NCBI GenBank assembly: GCA_963793425.1
Contig: CAWCAG010000007.1
Location: 576,001 to 640,000, forward strand
Origin: an uncultured cyanobacterium
GTDB lineage: Bacteria > Cyanobacteriota > Cyanobacteriia > Cyanobacteriales > CAWCAG01
Direction of reading: 5' to 3'
Length of the DNA: 64,000 bases
The translations under genes and the position numbers were made by a program. Numbering within the stretch: the first letter of the stretch is position 1; each line of letters starts with the position of its first letter. Positions 7,658 through 18,216 of this stretch are shown here, in pieces. The notes under the pieces are model-generated. The model saw only the letters and a list, made by a program, of their open reading frames with translations, had not been told where the DNA came from and made no database searches.

Positions 7658-8866
7658 TTAAACAAACTTGTGGGTAAACTCGCTAATTAAATCAATTCTG
7701 CCCTTTCTTAATAAAGCCGGGTCTAATCTTTCTGTAGTATTACAAGTTAGCAACACCACTAATTTTTGTTGAGATTTAGTACCTTCTTCATCTATTACGC
7801 TTTGATATAAAGTTCCGTCTAATAAACTCAGAATATGTTCTGTTTTGTTACTACGTTGAGCTATTTCAGAAGTCCGATCTTGAGCTAAGTTATCTGCTTC
7901 ATTAACAATAATACAAATGCGCTCTAAATAACTAGGAGGAACGAAATTTTCTATGGCATCGTGGTCTAAGATAAAAATGACATAACCTAAAGGCATTAAT
8001 ATCTCTTTAGCTACTGCTTGAGTCCAAGCTGTTTTACCTGTACCAGGCTTACCATGAACTAACACAGCTAATTGAGGACAATCTAAAATTGCTTGCTGGA
8101 CAACATCACTAAAACTTTGAATTTCCCCAGGAAAAGAACTAATAGCATATTGGCTATTTACCTGTCCGACTCTGCTTTGATAACCACTTAACATTACAGC
8201 TAAATTGTAAGTAGCTTTGTTAACTAAAGGAGTAAGGTTATCTGCCATTAAAGTATAATTTTTCTTTCCTCTTTCAGTAATATTAATTTCTAGCCAAACT
8301 TGGTGTTTTGACCAATAGGCATGAAGTACACCAATGATTTCTAACTGTTCCCAACTTTGGAAGCGGCTAGGAGGATAATAAAAACAGCGTTGTTGATAAT
8401 TTTGAGTGATTAAATCTGGAACTCCCAAAAAATCAACTAACCGAAAAATAGTAATTTCTTGCAATCGTTTGAGAAGATAGTCTAAAGGAATGCGATCGCG
8501 GCTAACTTCTTGAGTTACAGGACTTTCTACCTTGATAACTTCTTTGGTGGTGCGACTGTTAGGATTTAAAGTTTCTGGGGTAATATATTCCCAAAATTCA
8601 TCAACTTCATAGCGAATATCTTCTCCAAATAGGTTTAAAACATTTGCCCACCAAGCATACTCATTTCGACCAAGAGCATTAGCAAGATCGCTAGTTATAT
8701 CTAAGGTTGCTTCTACTAATTTTTCTCCGTCATTAGTAACTAAATGCCAGAAAAAATCCCAGTTAAACTCCCTTTCCAAAGGTCGCCAACCATTACCAAG
8801 CAATCCTTTTTTCCTGTGATAAGGAGATTTTTCCTCATCTTTAGACCAAAAAGAAAATGAAGACAT
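7658..8866 (-). CDS. AAA family ATPase (cyanobacterial)
   Basis: Walker A GKPGTGKT, IIVNEAD, TCNTTERLDPALLRKGRID. Confidence 0.9.
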   Translation of the reverse strand: MSSFSFWSKDEEKSPYHRKKGLLGNGWRPLEREFNWDFFWHLVTNDGEKLVEATLDITSDLANALGRNEYAWWANVLNLFGEDIRYEVDEFWEYITPETLNPNSRTTKEVIKVESPVTQEVSRDRIPLDYLLKRLQEITIFRLVDFLGVPDLITQNYQQRCFYYPPSRFQSWEQLEIIGVLHAYWSKHQVWLEINITERGKKNYTLMADNLTPLVNKATYNLAVMLSGYQSRVGQVNSQYAISSFPGEIQSFSDVVQQAILDCPQLAVLVHGKPGTGKTAWTQAVAKEILMPLGYVIFILDHDAIENFVPPSYLERICIIVNEADNLAQDRTSEIAQRSNKTEHILSLLDGTLYQSVIDEEGTKSQQKLVVLLTCNTTERLDPALLRKGRIDLISEFTHKFV

Positions 8867-8887
8867 TGTATCTATAAAAGTGTTAAA

Positions 8888-9091
8888 TTAATTTAATTGC
8901 TTATCTGAGAAGAAATCTGCTAATTCTTGTAAATATTGTGGTGGAACTTCATCTACTAACCATACGCCATTGTCAGAACAGAAAAACTTATACCCATCTT
9001 CAGACATTTTAACCGTATCAATCTGCAAAACCAGAGGTTTCCCTCGTCTTTTGCCAACAATTTTTGCTGTATTAATATCAGCAGATAGATG
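8888..9091 (-). pseudogene. kptA: RNA 2'-phosphotransferase (KptA/Tpt1) C-terminal fragment
   Basis: Not in ORF track. Manual translation HLSADINTAKIVGKRRGKPLVLQIDTVKMSEDGYKFFCSDNGVWLVDEVPPQYL; no N-terminal half or start codon. Confidence 0.85.
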
Positions 9092-9316
9092 TAAAAGAAG
9101 AGGATTGAAACGGCAAGGGAATTTTTTTATCGTAGCTAATTTTTAAGCAAAGCTATAGAAAAGTATCTTTCAATGTATTACACATATAATACATAAAATT
9201 ATGCCAACGAGGGTAAAACTTTTAATTATCTGCGAACAAGTCAAACATCCTAAGATGGTATTAAGAAGTGTCGTTAAGCTCTTGCAAGCTATCTGTTTTA
9301 AAATTTGAGGGTCTAA

Positions 9317-9784
9317 ATGGGGAAAAATACAGAAGGATTTAAAGTCATCGCTGATAACCGTCAAGCCCGTTATCTCTATGAAATCCTGGAAACCTACGAA
9401 GCAGGAATTCAACTGACAGGGACGGAAGTAAAAGCTATTCGGGAAGGCAGAATTAATCTCAGAGATGCTTACGGGTTGATGCGAGACGGAGAAGCTTGGC
9501 TTTTGAACCTTTATATTGGCCCCTATCAAGCTAGCGGTGAATATTTTAACCATGATCCTCGCCGCACTCGCAAACTCTTGTTACATCGCAAACAAATTAA
9601 CAAACTAGTTGGGCAAATACAACAAAAAGGTTTAACTCTAGTACCTTTAAAGATGTATTTCAAAGGGGACTGGATCAAGGTGGCTTTGGGTTTAGGTAAA
9701 GGTAAAAAAGTCCACGACAAACGAGAAACTGTTAAGCGTAGACAAGATCAGAGGGATATGGAAAGGGCGATAAAGCGTTATTAA
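9317..9784 (+). CDS. smpB: SsrA-binding protein
   Basis: EAGIQLTGTEVKAIR, RTRKLLLH, GKGKKVHDKR. Confidence 0.98.
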   Translation: MGKNTEGFKVIADNRQARYLYEILETYEAGIQLTGTEVKAIREGRINLRDAYGLMRDGEAWLLNLYIGPYQASGEYFNHDPRRTRKLLLHRKQINKLVGQIQQKGLTLVPLKMYFKGDWIKVALGLGKGKKVHDKRETVKRRQDQRDMERAIKRY

Positions 9785-9941
9785 GTTAGGGTTTTCTTTG
9801 AGGACAGGAGCATGAATTGAGAAAGGGGGGAATTTTGCGATCGCCTCTAAATGGATTTTGATTAGGAGAGGATTTATTAGAAGAAGGGTTTGTTTGACAA
9901 ATCGGCAATTTTGTGAAACAAATCACCTCTTACCGTTATCG

Positions 9942-11339
9942 TTAAACATCATTGTACGGCTTTGCCGTTGTGCTAGACGTGGTTGATAACTGAAAAAAGC
10001 TGGCCACAATTGCCATAGATAACCACCAAAGACTACTAATTTGAGGACGATACCAAACCGTATCCACAACACCATGGGCTAACATCCCAGCGATCGCAGC
10101 CAGGGAAGCGATTAACCAATATCCTTGTTTGTTGCCCGATTCCCTTAAGTAAGTCAAGGTTTTGTAACCATGTTGATAGGTGACAGTCATCAACCACAGG
10201 AAAGCTGATAAGCCAATAAAACCAGTTTCTACAGCAATTTCTAGAAAGATGGAGTAAGCACTCAAAGCCGTAAAACGGGGGCGTTGGTAAAGGGGATAGA
10301 TGGCATTGAAGGCATCATTGCCAGGGCCTATACCAATTAAGGGGCGATCGCGAATCATTTCAAAAACTGCTGCCCAAACATTCATGCGGAAATTATTACT
10401 ACTATCTTCTCTTCCTGCAAAGATACTCATTACTCGTAACCGTAAAGGTTCAACGAAAATTGCTGCGGTGATCAGAAAAGCGGCCATACCTCCAAAAACC
10501 AAAGGAAGCAGCCATTTACGCCAAAAGCTTGGTAAGTAAGCATCCCACCAAACACGTAGTAGGAGTAAAAAAACTAAAACAAGAGCCAACAGCCCGATCC
10601 AACCGCCGCGACTATCAGTAAAGTATAGGCAAGCGGTGTTAACCAGAATCATTGTTGCTGCTAGTATTCTCGGTAGCCAAAGTCGCCACACAAAGAAAGC
10701 TGCCAGACTTAACGCTACAGCGGTTAATAAATATCCTGCTAAGAGATTAGGATTGCCTAAATAACTATAAGCCCGTGTATCCTGTGCCAGTTGTGAGGTG
10801 GGATCATTCCAAGTTGCTAATTGTTCTGCCCCAAAAATCTCCTGTCTGATGCCATAAACACTGACAACTAAGGCTACATGGAGGAAGATACCAATTACCC
10901 AAGAGCGCAAGGTGGCAGAACGCAAAACTAATGAAGCTAGGGTAAAAAAGATAATATAAAGGGTAAGTTTTACCCAACCAGAAAAAGCAGCTTCCTTAAC
11001 TGGAGAAAAAGCTGTGGCAACGGTGGCAATCCCCCAATACATAAATACGAGCAAATGTACTGGAGTCAAAACTATTCGGGTATTATCTGTCGCAACGAAG
11101 AGGAAACAATAGCTTACACAAGCTATCAACAATAAACCGATCAAGGAAGTAGAAACAAAAGGACTAGTTACCAAAACTAGACTAACTAATAGCAGCCCTA
11201 TGGTTTCTGCCCACTGAAGTAACCAGCTTCCTTGTCGCCAATCACTTAATAAGCCAACTAAGCGATATAAGAAACTTGCCCCTCTCCATCTATAAAGGTT
11301 CAAGTCAGAAAGAGTAAATCTTTGCCAAGCAGAATACAT
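9942..11339 (-). CDS. ictB: IctB family / O-antigen ligase-like membrane protein
   Basis: TRAYSYLGNPNLLAGYL, SIFAGREDSSNNFRMNVW, GIGPGNDAFN. Confidence 0.92.
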   Translation of the reverse strand: MYSAWQRFTLSDLNLYRWRGASFLYRLVGLLSDWRQGSWLLQWAETIGLLLVSLVLVTSPFVSTSLIGLLLIACVSYCFLFVATDNTRIVLTPVHLLVFMYWGIATVATAFSPVKEAAFSGWVKLTLYIIFFTLASLVLRSATLRSWVIGIFLHVALVVSVYGIRQEIFGAEQLATWNDPTSQLAQDTRAYSYLGNPNLLAGYLLTAVALSLAAFFVWRLWLPRILAATMILVNTACLYFTDSRGGWIGLLALVLVFLLLLRVWWDAYLPSFWRKWLLPLVFGGMAAFLITAAIFVEPLRLRVMSIFAGREDSSNNFRMNVWAAVFEMIRDRPLIGIGPGNDAFNAIYPLYQRPRFTALSAYSIFLEIAVETGFIGLSAFLWLMTVTYQHGYKTLTYLRESGNKQGYWLIASLAAIAGMLAHGVVDTVWYRPQISSLWWLSMAIVASFFQLSTTSSTTAKPYNDV

Positions 11340-11345
11340 AATAAA

Positions 11346-11376
11346 GTTGCTAATTGCTAATGGCTAATTGCTAATA
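11346..11376. repeat. heptamer short tandem repeat (STRR-like, GCTAATT/GCTAATG)
   Basis: gttgctaattgctaatggctaattgctaat. The same family occurs at ~30240-30275 and inverted at ~62531-62554. Confidence 0.75.
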
Positions 11377-11503
11377 GGGAAAGTCCTCTTGCAAGAGGCA
11401 AAAGTTTTATTCTCATCACCTCATCATCTCATTAACCTTGCCCAAAAGGGAACAGGCTAGGATTTGAGGTTTCTATTAACGATTAGTAATTAACTATTCT
11501 CTT

Positions 11504-13084
11504 TCAAATTTGCTCTCCAGGAGACATTTGAGGCAAATTGAGAACATAACGATAGCCAGATTCTAACGAACCTTGAACAGAAATTTTGCCGCCGTGCATT
11601 TCTGCTAACTGACAGCTTAGCAGTAAGCCAAGAATTTCGCGAGAATTGCTTTTGTTATTATCTTTGTTTTGTTCGGCTTTTTTGTAAGCAGCAATAATCC
11701 CAGAAGTTACTGCTTCTGAGCGACCATTAGGAGTGCCTCTGCGTTCTTGGCTTAATTCTGAAATTGCTTCTAAACCTTGAGTCGCATAATTACTAATCAA
11801 AGGAGAATACAATTCCATTTGGGGCAAGCCATCTCCTAACCAAGGATGGGAAACCCAAACCGAAATTTGTAACTTACTAGCTTTGCGGGAGACATGAACC
11901 CGCACTTCTCCCCCTGCTTCAGCAGATTCAACGACGCTAAAAATTAAGTAGTAGAGGGTTTGTCTTACTTTCTCTTTATCTAAAAGCCAGATCCGGTTTC
12001 CTGGTTCTACGCTTAAGCGAATCTCTTGTTCTTGCTGCTGTGCCATCTGACTCAGCTTATTAATAGCTTGTTGGCAGAGCATTTCTATGTCTACCGAAGT
12101 TAAATTGAGTCTTTGGGTATCTTCCCCCATGACTCCTAGATTAACTATTTCCTCCACTAAAGCAAGCAAATGCTGCCCACTATTGTGAATAATATCTAAA
12201 TATTCTTTCTGTTTTCTGGTTAAAGGGCCATAAACTTCATGCCCCAAAACACTAGCCATACCCATAACTGAAGTTAAAGGCGTTTTCAGTTCTTGGGTAA
12301 GCTGGGCTAAGAGTTTGACTTTTAACCCGTCTGTGGAAGAAGGAGAAGGTGGTGGAGAAGAATCCCACTCAGATTGGTAGTTGAGGGGAGAATGTAATCC
12401 TTCCATATTAGCCTTTCTTCTTCCTTCAAGGGAAAACTCTGCTCTAAAAGCTGATGGTTCAGTGGTTCGCGATCGCCCACCTCGTTGCTGATTTTCCCAT
12501 AGGCGGCTGCGTTCAAATTCACTCAGACACCAACGGGCTGTCATAACTAGAAACTGGATATCTTTTTCTGAGAATTGACGAGGTACAACATCCATGATTT
12601 CCAGACTACCTAAGCATTCTCCATTAGCCTGGATTAAAGGTACACCCAGGTAAGCACGAATACCATAGTGCTGGCTCAAACTGCTACGGGAAAATACTAA
12701 ATCCTCTAGGGTATCTTCAATAACTAAGCTGTTTTGACTCTCAACAACAAAGGTACAAAAAGCTTCTCCACGGGGCATCTTTCTCGATACTGCTAACTGA
12801 TTCATTAACCCAATACTAGATAAGCCCAGGGTTGATTTCAGCCAAACTTGCTCTTGCACCATGAGGCTCAAAACACCAATGGGGGCTGCTAAAATGCGGG
12901 CGGCAGTTTGGGTTGCTTCGTCAAAAACTGGTACAGTTTCCACCTCCAACAAACCTAAACTGTTTAAGGCAGCAAGTCGTTTTTGTTCTCGTTCTGTAGG
13001 GGTCAGACCATCTAAACGACAAAAGAGTCTATTGTTTTTAGGGTTGCTCATATTTGCCCCCATCCCTGTATCGGCTGCTCGCAT
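11504..13084 (-). CDS. GAF-domain sensor histidine kinase-like protein (H-box His replaced by Gln)
   Basis: GAF (GIRAYLGVPL), HisKA LTQELKTPLT, divergent HATPase (LAEMHGGKISVQG). Confidence 0.88.
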   Translation of the reverse strand: MRAADTGMGANMSNPKNNRLFCRLDGLTPTEREQKRLAALNSLGLLEVETVPVFDEATQTAARILAAPIGVLSLMVQEQVWLKSTLGLSSIGLMNQLAVSRKMPRGEAFCTFVVESQNSLVIEDTLEDLVFSRSSLSQHYGIRAYLGVPLIQANGECLGSLEIMDVVPRQFSEKDIQFLVMTARWCLSEFERSRLWENQQRGGRSRTTEPSAFRAEFSLEGRRKANMEGLHSPLNYQSEWDSSPPPSPSSTDGLKVKLLAQLTQELKTPLTSVMGMASVLGHEVYGPLTRKQKEYLDIIHNSGQHLLALVEEIVNLGVMGEDTQRLNLTSVDIEMLCQQAINKLSQMAQQQEQEIRLSVEPGNRIWLLDKEKVRQTLYYLIFSVVESAEAGGEVRVHVSRKASKLQISVWVSHPWLGDGLPQMELYSPLISNYATQGLEAISELSQERRGTPNGRSEAVTSGIIAAYKKAEQNKDNNKSNSREILGLLLSCQLAEMHGGKISVQGSLESGYRYVLNLPQMSPGEQI

Positions 13085-13431
13085 TTATTGTCCAAACAAG
13101 ACTGTTTTTTTAAGGTTGCCTACTACACTTAACGTTCCCTGAAGTTGCGTTTAACAAACACATCAAGACACAGATAGTTTAAGGTATTTGCGTGGTAACT
13201 TTATTTTTCACCCTACCCTTAGTAGATATACACTTAGTGGGATAAATTTCAGCAACAACACTTGCTCTTATTTTCCTCAATAAACTTAAGAAATAAACCC
13301 ACTTTCAGACAGAGATATTAAAAATAAATATCTCAAAAATCAACTTTGCTAGTTTGAGGGCATTATAGGGTGAATGTCTAGTTTATTATAAATTAGTTGG
13401 CAATTATGTTTGTTTTCCCACAATTTTCCAG

Positions 13432-14160
13432 CTAAGATTTTTTTGACCAAGCTTGGTGAGAGAGTAAAGCCGCAATCACCCTAGTTCCCCTAAGCTGGTT
13501 GGAGAGGGGGAGATGTCCTTTAGGAGCCTGAAGAGTCCAAGTAAATTCACCAGGATAGCGAGTCCATGTATTACCCTGCTTCCAATTAATTTTGTGCCAT
13601 AAACTAGAAAAGTCTTTGCCAACTCCTAGCCATATTTCTCGCTGTACAGAGAAGCCAAATTTACCTTCAGAATGGCTTAACCACAGGTTATTGATGGTTT
13701 GTAAATCTGTTACTGGTAATTGAGCAACTTCGGTAAAATAAAGCCAGTTTCTTTGTTGGGCTTCAACCCCAACCAATTGACAGAGTTTTTCTAATGTCAA
13801 ACGGTCAGCAGCCTGAAAATCTTGTTGAGCAAGAAGTTTTTGTAGAGGTTGATAGTCTATATTTTTATCTGTTTGCAGAGGAACTAATCCTGTCGGAAAG
13901 TGAGTTTGGAGAAATTCTTGGCTATTGAGGTCATTACTTTGATAAAGGACTTGATAAACTTTACCTGCCACTAAATCAGGAAACTCTAATTGCCGTTGCA
14001 AGAGAAATTCTTGCAGCACTTCTAAACCTGGTTCCCCTGCTTGTACTAACTGAGGAATGGACTTAAGCTGATTTTTCCCTGACTCTGAGCGTAACTGAAC
14101 CTCTAATTGGGCGATCGCTGAATCTGGATTTTGGACTGAGACGATATTTTGCTCCGTCAT
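13432..14160 (-). CDS. gun4: GUN4 (Ycf53) Mg-chelatase activator with N-terminal ARM-like domain
   Basis: DLQTINNLWLSHSEGKFGFSVQREIW, APKGHLPLSNQLRG. Confidence 0.93.
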   Translation of the reverse strand: MTEQNIVSVQNPDSAIAQLEVQLRSESGKNQLKSIPQLVQAGEPGLEVLQEFLLQRQLEFPDLVAGKVYQVLYQSNDLNSQEFLQTHFPTGLVPLQTDKNIDYQPLQKLLAQQDFQAADRLTLEKLCQLVGVEAQQRNWLYFTEVAQLPVTDLQTINNLWLSHSEGKFGFSVQREIWLGVGKDFSSLWHKINWKQGNTWTRYPGEFTWTLQAPKGHLPLSNQLRGTRVIAALLSHQAWSKKS

Positions 14161-14293
14161 AAAAAACTCTTCGGGATATAGATTCTTGATAGTTGTTAAT
14201 TTTTGGGTTCTAAAAAAGTGAGTAGGGATTGCTACTCTTTTCTTTTATATAGTCATGATTAATTGTATCGGCTAGAGGTTACAGCTTGATTGC

Positions 14294-15004
14294 CTAATTC
14301 CGGCCAGAGACTTGATAGCCCTGTTCATAGGCAAAGCGTACTAGTTGAGAACGGTTTTCTAATTGTAATTTACCTAAAATGTTACTGAGGTGGGTTTGTA
14401 CTGTACGGGGACTAATCAGTAATAGCTGACTAATTTGTTTGTTGGTTAACCCTTGGATCACCTCCCAGAATACTCTTTCCTCAGCAGGGGTTAGGGGTAA
14501 AGGTTGAGGTTTAGAATGAGCTTCTTTCTCCAATTTTTGCTGATGATTATTTGTAGAAGGGAAACTAGAGGTTGTTGATACAGAATTTACTGTCCCCATC
14601 TTCTGCATCAAACGGACAATCTCTGTGTGGATACGGTGGGATCGCTCTAGCTGCACTTCTATTTTCGCGACTAATTCCCTAGTATCAAAAGGTTTGGTTA
14701 AATAGTCATCTGCTCCTGTAGAGTGTCCTTGAATTCTATCTTCTAGTTGCCCTTTACAAGAAAGGAAAATGAAAGGGACTAACTGACCAGAGGGAGTAGA
14801 ACGTAGAGTACGACAAAAAGCTAAGCCATCCATTTCTGGCATAACGACATCAGAAACTACTAAATCAGGAGGATTTTTATTAAAAGCTACTAACCCTTCT
14901 TTACCTGATTGTACTACTTCAACTTGGTATCCCTGTTTTTCCAAATAACGCTTAAGAACGATTCGCAGGGTGTTGTCATCGTCTACTACTAAAATTCTTT
15001 TCAT
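14294..15004 (-). CDS. NarL/LuxR-type response regulator
   Basis: REC (VVDDD, SDVVMP, DDYLTKPF) and LuxR HTH (LTPAE…ISPRTVQTHLSNILGKL). Confidence 0.95.
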   Translation of the reverse strand: MKRILVVDDDNTLRIVLKRYLEKQGYQVEVVQSGKEGLVAFNKNPPDLVVSDVVMPEMDGLAFCRTLRSTPSGQLVPFIFLSCKGQLEDRIQGHSTGADDYLTKPFDTRELVAKIEVQLERSHRIHTEIVRLMQKMGTVNSVSTTSSFPSTNNHQQKLEKEAHSKPQPLPLTPAEERVFWEVIQGLTNKQISQLLLISPRTVQTHLSNILGKLQLENRSQLVRFAYEQGYQVSGRN

Positions 15005-15299
15005 TTTACGTTCGTTACGGAGGCAATGTACTTAGACACACAAGTTAAATTACAACAGCTATTTAGGAGAAACCCTGTTCTTTTGAATTTTCTTCCTTAT
15101 ATACAAGTATAAAAATAACTGCCCTGTTAAAAATGTTTTGATGCACCCGGTAATAAATTACACCCCTAGAGCCTAGCATTTACGAAGCTAACTGGCGCTT
15201 ATTTTCCAAATATTTTTGCCAATGTGTTTACGGCTAAGAGTTTTTTCCTTTAATATCTGGTAGCCTACCTAAGATGTCATAGTCTCGTTAACACTTGTT

Positions 15300-16720
15300 A
15301 TGTACGAAAAAATTACTCCTCCTGATGTCGGTTCCAAAATTACTTTCAAAGCAGGAGAGCCAGTGGTTGCTGATGATCCCATTATCCCTTTTATTCGCGG
15401 TGATGGCACGGGTGTAGATATTTGGCCAGCAACTCAGAAGACTATTGATGCTGCGGTTGAAGCAGCTTATGGTGGTCAGCGCAAAATTAATTGGTTTAAG
15501 ATTTATGCTGGGGATGAAGCCTGCGAAAAGTACGGTACTTATCAGTATTTACCCCAGGATACTTTAACTGCAATTAGAGAATACGGTGTGGCGATTAAAG
15601 GCCCTTTGACAACTCCTGTAGGAGGAGGAATCCGTTCTCTTAACGTTGCTCTGCGGCAAATTAATGACCTCTATGCTTGTGTACGCCCTTGTCGTTATTA
15701 TCCCGGAACTCCTTCTCCTCACAAGTCACCGGAGAAGTTAGATATCATTGTTTACCGAGAAAATACTGAAGATATTTATCTCGGTATTGAATGGGCAAAA
15801 GGAACAGAAATTGCTGAGAAATTGATTAAAATTCTCAATGAAGATTTAATTCCTGCCACCCCTGAACATGGTAAAAAGCAAATTCCCCTTGATGCTGGTA
15901 TCGGTATTAAACCCATTAGTAAGACTGGTTCGCAACGTTTGGTACGCCGTGCTATTCAACACGCCCTACGTCTGCCCCCAGCTAAGCAGCAAGTTACTTT
16001 GGTGCATAAAGGCAATATTATGAAATATACCGAAGGCGCGTTTCGAGATTGGGGCTATGAGTTAGCGATTACCGAATTTCGTGATGTTTGTATCACTGAA
16101 AGGGAATCTTGGATTCTGAGTAATAAAGATAGTAATCCTGACCTGAGTGTGGAAGAAAATGCTCGGAAAATCGATCCGGGTTATAACTCTTTAACTCCGG
16201 AGAAGCAAAAGGAAATTTCTCAGGAAGTTGAGGCGGTTTTAAACTCAATTGGGGAAAGCCACGGCAATGGTAAATGGCAAGAGAAGGTGATGGTGAATGA
16301 TCGCATTGCTGATAGTATTTTTCAGCAGATCCAAACTAGACCTGATGAGTATTCTATCCTGGCTACCATGAATCTTAACGGGGATTATCTCTCTGATGCC
16401 GCAGCCGCCATTGTCGGGGGCTTAGGTATGGGGCTGGGGCTAATATTGGTGATAGTTGTGCTATTTTTGAGGCTACCCACGGTACTGCACCGAAACACGC
16501 TGGCTTAGATCGGATTAATCCTGGTTCTTTGATTCTCTCAGCAAAAATGATGCTTGCTTATTTAGGTTGGACTGAAGCTGCTGATTTAATTAATAAAGGT
16601 TTGAGTGGTGCAATCGCCTCTCAAAAAGTGACCTACGATTTGGCAAGGTTGATGAATCCTCCCGTGGAACCTTTAAAATGTTCTGAGTTTGCTGAGGCGA
16701 TTATTGAACACTTCAACTAA
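15300..16720 (+). CDS. icd: NADP-dependent isocitrate dehydrogenase (1-bp frameshift at ~16434)
   Basis: [31 protein letters not shown]. Restoring one C (GGG CCT GGG GCT AAT) gives MGPGANIG…[12 protein letters not shown] and joins ORF 16529-16720 into 473 aa. Confidence 0.95.
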
Positions 16721-16736
16721 ATAACAATCTAGCAGC

Positions 16737-16777
16737 AAAAGGAACACGGCTTGATTAACAAAGATAAGCCGTGTTCC
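16737..16777. terminator. hairpin terminator between convergent icd and clpP
   Basis: 12-bp stem ggaacacggctt/aagccgtgttcc with an A-run on the left. Confidence 0.75.
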
Positions 16778-16795
16778 TAGGAAATGGTAATTTTT

Positions 16796-17395
16796 TTAAT
16801 CAGGAGGATTAACCGCAGAAGGACGACGTTCAATTACTTGATCAATTAGTCCGTATTCTACAGATTCTTTGGGAGACATGAAGAAATCTCTTTCTGTGTC
16901 TCGTTCAATTTTTTCTAAGGGTTGTCCTGTATGTTGAGCGAGATAGTTATTAAGCTGTTTTTTCAGGTATAAAATTTCTTTAGCCTGAATTTCAATATCC
17001 GTAGCTTGTCCACGAGCGCCCCCTAAAGGTTGATGAATCATAATGCGAGAATGGGGTAAACTCATGCGTTTTCCTTTCGCACCCGCACTAAGAAGGAAAG
17101 CACCCATGCTAGCAGCCAATCCTAAACAGATAGTGCAGACATCAGGACGAATTTGATTCATTGCATCGAACATACCCATTCCTGCCGATACTGAACCCCC
17201 AGGAGAGTTGATATATAAGTAAATATCTTTGTCAGGATCTTCAGCTTCGAGAAAGAGTAATTGAGCAACAACCAAATTAGCTATTTCATCAGTTACTTGT
17301 TGCCCTAAAAAGACAATGCGTTCTCTTAATAATCTAGAGTAGATATCGAAGGCGCGTTCACCACGACCGGAAGTTTCAATAACTGTAGGAATCAT
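16796..17395 (-). CDS. clpP: ATP-dependent Clp protease proteolytic subunit
   Basis: [28 protein letters not shown]. Confidence 0.98.
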   Translation of the reverse strand: MIPTVIETSGRGERAFDIYSRLLRERIVFLGQQVTDEIANLVVAQLLFLEAEDPDKDIYLYINSPGGSVSAGMGMFDAMNQIRPDVCTICLGLAASMGAFLLSAGAKGKRMSLPHSRIMIHQPLGGARGQATDIEIQAKEILYLKKQLNNYLAQHTGQPLEKIERDTERDFFMSPKESVEYGLIDQVIERRPSAVNPPD

Positions 17396-17472
17396 AAGGT
17401 TTGAGCTTGATTGTTACTTTTTTTTGATTGTAGCTCTGTTAGTGGCAACTGCCCACGGGGGAAATCTACCCT

Positions 17473-18216
17473 TCAAAGTTCGTCAGGATTGATGCCTAAT
17501 TCCCGTAGTTTTGTTGCTAGCTTTTCTTCTCTAAGTTGGGCTTGGGTTAGTTTTTCTGTAGCTAATGAAATCATTTCCCCTTCTAAGGTATACCAACGTA
17601 ACCATAAACGCTCTATTCCTTCAAAACTACCTTGCCACAAACCTAAACTTAATTCTAATTCTGGTAATAACCAGCGCCCTTGGTAGGTTTCCATCCCTTC
17701 ATAATGTCCCCCTACCAAATGAAAAGCTTTTACTTCGTCGGTGTAGCGGCTGAAGATAAAATAGTAGGGGATTCTTAAAATTTGTTCGTAAACTTGCCAT
17801 TTCGTGGGCGGTTCGTTTGGTTTGCTTTCGGTTTCCCCTAAATCTTCTTTATCTGTGCCAGGAGAGAGAAATTCTGCGACGACATAGGGGTTAGCTTGTT
17901 CTTGCCAGGTAACATAGCTTAAGCGCATATCCCTCTGTTCATAAAGTCTCGGTATTCCTACTGCACCAAGCCAATCTGGGCGTTTATACCATAGGGGGTT
18001 GGTTATGGTGTAGTAGAGATTTATATCTACGGCAGAATAAACTAATTCTGGAGTCCAATTATGGGGTTGGAAGGTTAGATATAAAAGTAGAGGCTGTAAA
18101 AAGTGAAATTCGTCTGCCAATCCTGATTCCTCTGAATTTTCGCTGGGTAGATCGTACATCGTTGGCAGAGTTTCTCTAGGAGGTAGAGGAGGGTTAGATT
18201 GAGTTATGCTGGTCAT
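17473..18216 (-). CDS. Uma2 family endonuclease
   Basis: LPTMYDLPSE, RPDW, VAEFLSPGT..ED; ATGA overlap with miaE. Confidence 0.9.
   Translation of the reverse strand: MTSITQSNPPLPPRETLPTMYDLPSENSEESGLADEFHFLQPLLLYLTFQPHNWTPELVYSAVDINLYYTITNPLWYKRPDWLGAVGIPRLYEQRDMRLSYVTWQEQANPYVVAEFLSPGTDKEDLGETESKPNEPPTKWQVYEQILRIPYYFIFSRYTDEVKAFHLVGGHYEGMETYQGRWLLPELELSLGLWQGSFEGIERLWLRWYTLEGEMISLATEKLTQAQLREEKLATKLRELGINPDEL

Noticed and set aside
9100..9112. ggattgaaac, resembling the 3' end of cyanobacterial CRISPR repeats, at the kptA breakpoint
   Set aside because: Single occurrence with no repeat-spacer periodicity and no cas genes.
9785..9941. Possible ssrA (tmRNA) next to smpB, and a near-CRP site TGTGA-N6-TCACC at 9912-9927
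   Set aside because: No tRNA-like ends or tag frame seen; the site is imperfect and lies between convergent 3' ends.
15028..15041. NtcA site upstream of icd
   Set aside because: Only GTA-N8-CAC, not the GTA-N8-TAC consensus, and no clear linked -10.
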